Shown: in pieces, positions 63,166-64,000 of the stretch
How positions within the stretch are numbered: the stretch's first letter is position 1
Layout of the letters: every line of letters begins with the position of its first letter
Assembly: GCA_016705365.1 (NCBI GenBank)
Contig: JADIYI010000008.1
Span: forward strand, 1,349,572 to 1,413,571
Origin: Gammaproteobacteria bacterium
Lineage (GTDB): Bacteria > Pseudomonadota > Gammaproteobacteria > Pseudomonadales > UBA5518
Direction of reading: 5' to 3'
DNA length: 64,000 nt
Position numbers and translations under genes: made by a program
The notes under the pieces: generated by a model
What the model was told of the DNA's origin: nothing
The model's database searches: none
What the model saw: the letters and a program-made list of their open reading frames with translations, nothing else

Positions 63166-63400
63166 TATGCAGTAAAGGCGTTTCTACTAAATATAAAACA
63201 AGAAAGAGGAAATCGTTCGCGCAATGATGACTAACTCGCCTTCCAAGCACATCGGAGTCAGCGCTGCCCAAATTGGGTAGGTCTCTACCTGTTGTGGGGG
63301 GTATGGCTTACTAGACGAATGCCGCGCTACGCGCCCAGCTAAGTGTTTCTGACATACGGTCGGCGCCAAGCACTTGCAAATCAGGCGGACATCATGCCCC

Positions 63401-64000
63401 TCAGTCGTAGAGCATCCACTCCCGTCGCTGCTCGCGCCAGGTGTTCTCGTCGGGCTCTGCCATGGAGTCGAGATCGGCCGGCGTGGCCGCGGCATCGTCG
63501 ACCCATTCGCGCAGCAGCGTGCTGCCGTTGATCAGGTCGATCGCAAGGCGTCCGCTCTCGTACTCGTAGGGAAAATCGCGCCACAGCGGATAGTCGGGAC
63601 GCAGGCTTCGCAAGGCTTTGAATGCCAGCGCCTGCACGCGCCATGGACGAAACGCCGCGTGATCGTAGTGCAGCGGATCCTCGACGTGGATCTGCACGCC
63701 GTTACACAGCTGTCCGGCGTGCTTGTGGAAGGTCGGCTCGAACCAGCACTCGCGCAGCCTGCAACCGTGCAGCCAGCCGGGCGCAAGCGCTTGCATCGCG
63801 CGGATCAGCGCCCGCGCATCGATGTCCGGCGCGCCGAACAACTCCAGCGGGCGGGTGGTGCCGCGACCCTCCGAGAGCGTGGTGCCCTCCAGCATCACGG
63901 TACCGGCATAGGCGCGTGCCATCGACAGGTTCGGCGCGTTCGGGCTCGGGTTCACCCAGCTGCGCTCGCCGAGCGGCCATCCGTAGCCGGGCCCGGTGTC
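63401..64000 (-). CDS. DUF1343 (NamZ/YzbB-like exo-muramidase family) protein, C-terminal part; gene continues past the window end
   Basis: WVNPSPNAPN...YAGTVMLEGTTLSEGRGTTRPLELFGAP is the DUF1343 signature; the frame is open to base 64000. Confidence 0.8.
   Translation of the reverse strand, partial: DTGPGYGWPLGERSWVNPSPNAPNLSMARAYAGTVMLEGTTLSEGRGTTRPLELFGAPDIDARALIRAMQALAPGWLHGCRLRECWFEPTFHKHAGQLCNGVQIHVEDPLHYDHAAFRPWRVQALAFKALRSLRPDYPLWRDFPYEYESGRLAIDLINGSTLLREWVDDAAATPADLDSMAEPDENTWREQRREWMLYD

Noticed and set aside
53540-63400. Search for an integrase, transposase or flanking direct repeats defining the defence island
   Set aside because: None was found by eye on either strand, so I do not call it a mobile element. 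I report only a compositionally distinct island.
63187-63495. 102-aa ORF upstream of hsdS as a possible controller (C) protein
   Set aside because: It overlaps the 3' end of the DUF1343 gene in another frame, its composition is biased (Pro/Arg/Ser/Thr), and no HTH is visible.

Overview
High-G+C proteobacterial chromosome segment, mostly syntenic housekeeping genes on the + strand. Order: exbD, hemB, proS, an HU-type protein with a histone-H1-like tail, aspS, ruvCAB-ybgC-tolQRAB-pal-cpoB, then tRNA-Lys(UUU). Downstream of the tRNA lies a decayed insertion hotspot: a 29-bp perfect hairpin that includes the tRNA 3' end, two 161-bp tandem repeats ending in pseudo-tRNA 3' ends, an AT-richer 2OG-Fe(II) oxygenase gene, a ppc 5' stub and ORF fragments. 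Next come ygjP-like, nadA, a BepA-like M48/TPR protease, tusA-like, an AI-2E transporter, an M16 peptidase, an unusual REC-TM response regulator, and aceE-aceF (aceF carries an in-frame TAG in its first lipoyl domain). These are followed by a cNMP-binding protein, fabV, an MBL hydrolase, a MATE pump and a GGDEF cyclase. From 36.8 to 53.5 kb there is a 15-gene acyl-CoA catabolic cluster whose gene content mirrors steroid C/D-ring (HIP) degradation regulons. It has two Lrp/AsnC regulators and is split by a 0.5-kb repeat-rich spacer. The most interesting part is a ~9.8-kb AT-richer defence island (53.6-63.4 kb, - strand) with no integrase. It holds parD plus a 23-codon parE stub and a translationally coupled type I R-M operon: half-size hsdS, hsdM, dinD, a RhuM-N::nucleotidyltransferase-C mosaic ORF, hsdR and a truncated DUF45 gene. 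The operon ends in an unrecognisable 467-aa ORF with a C-terminal R-x5-H (HEPN-like) motif, which is my best candidate for an undescribed defence component. All functional calls come from reading the translated ORFs by eye; no database search was run.
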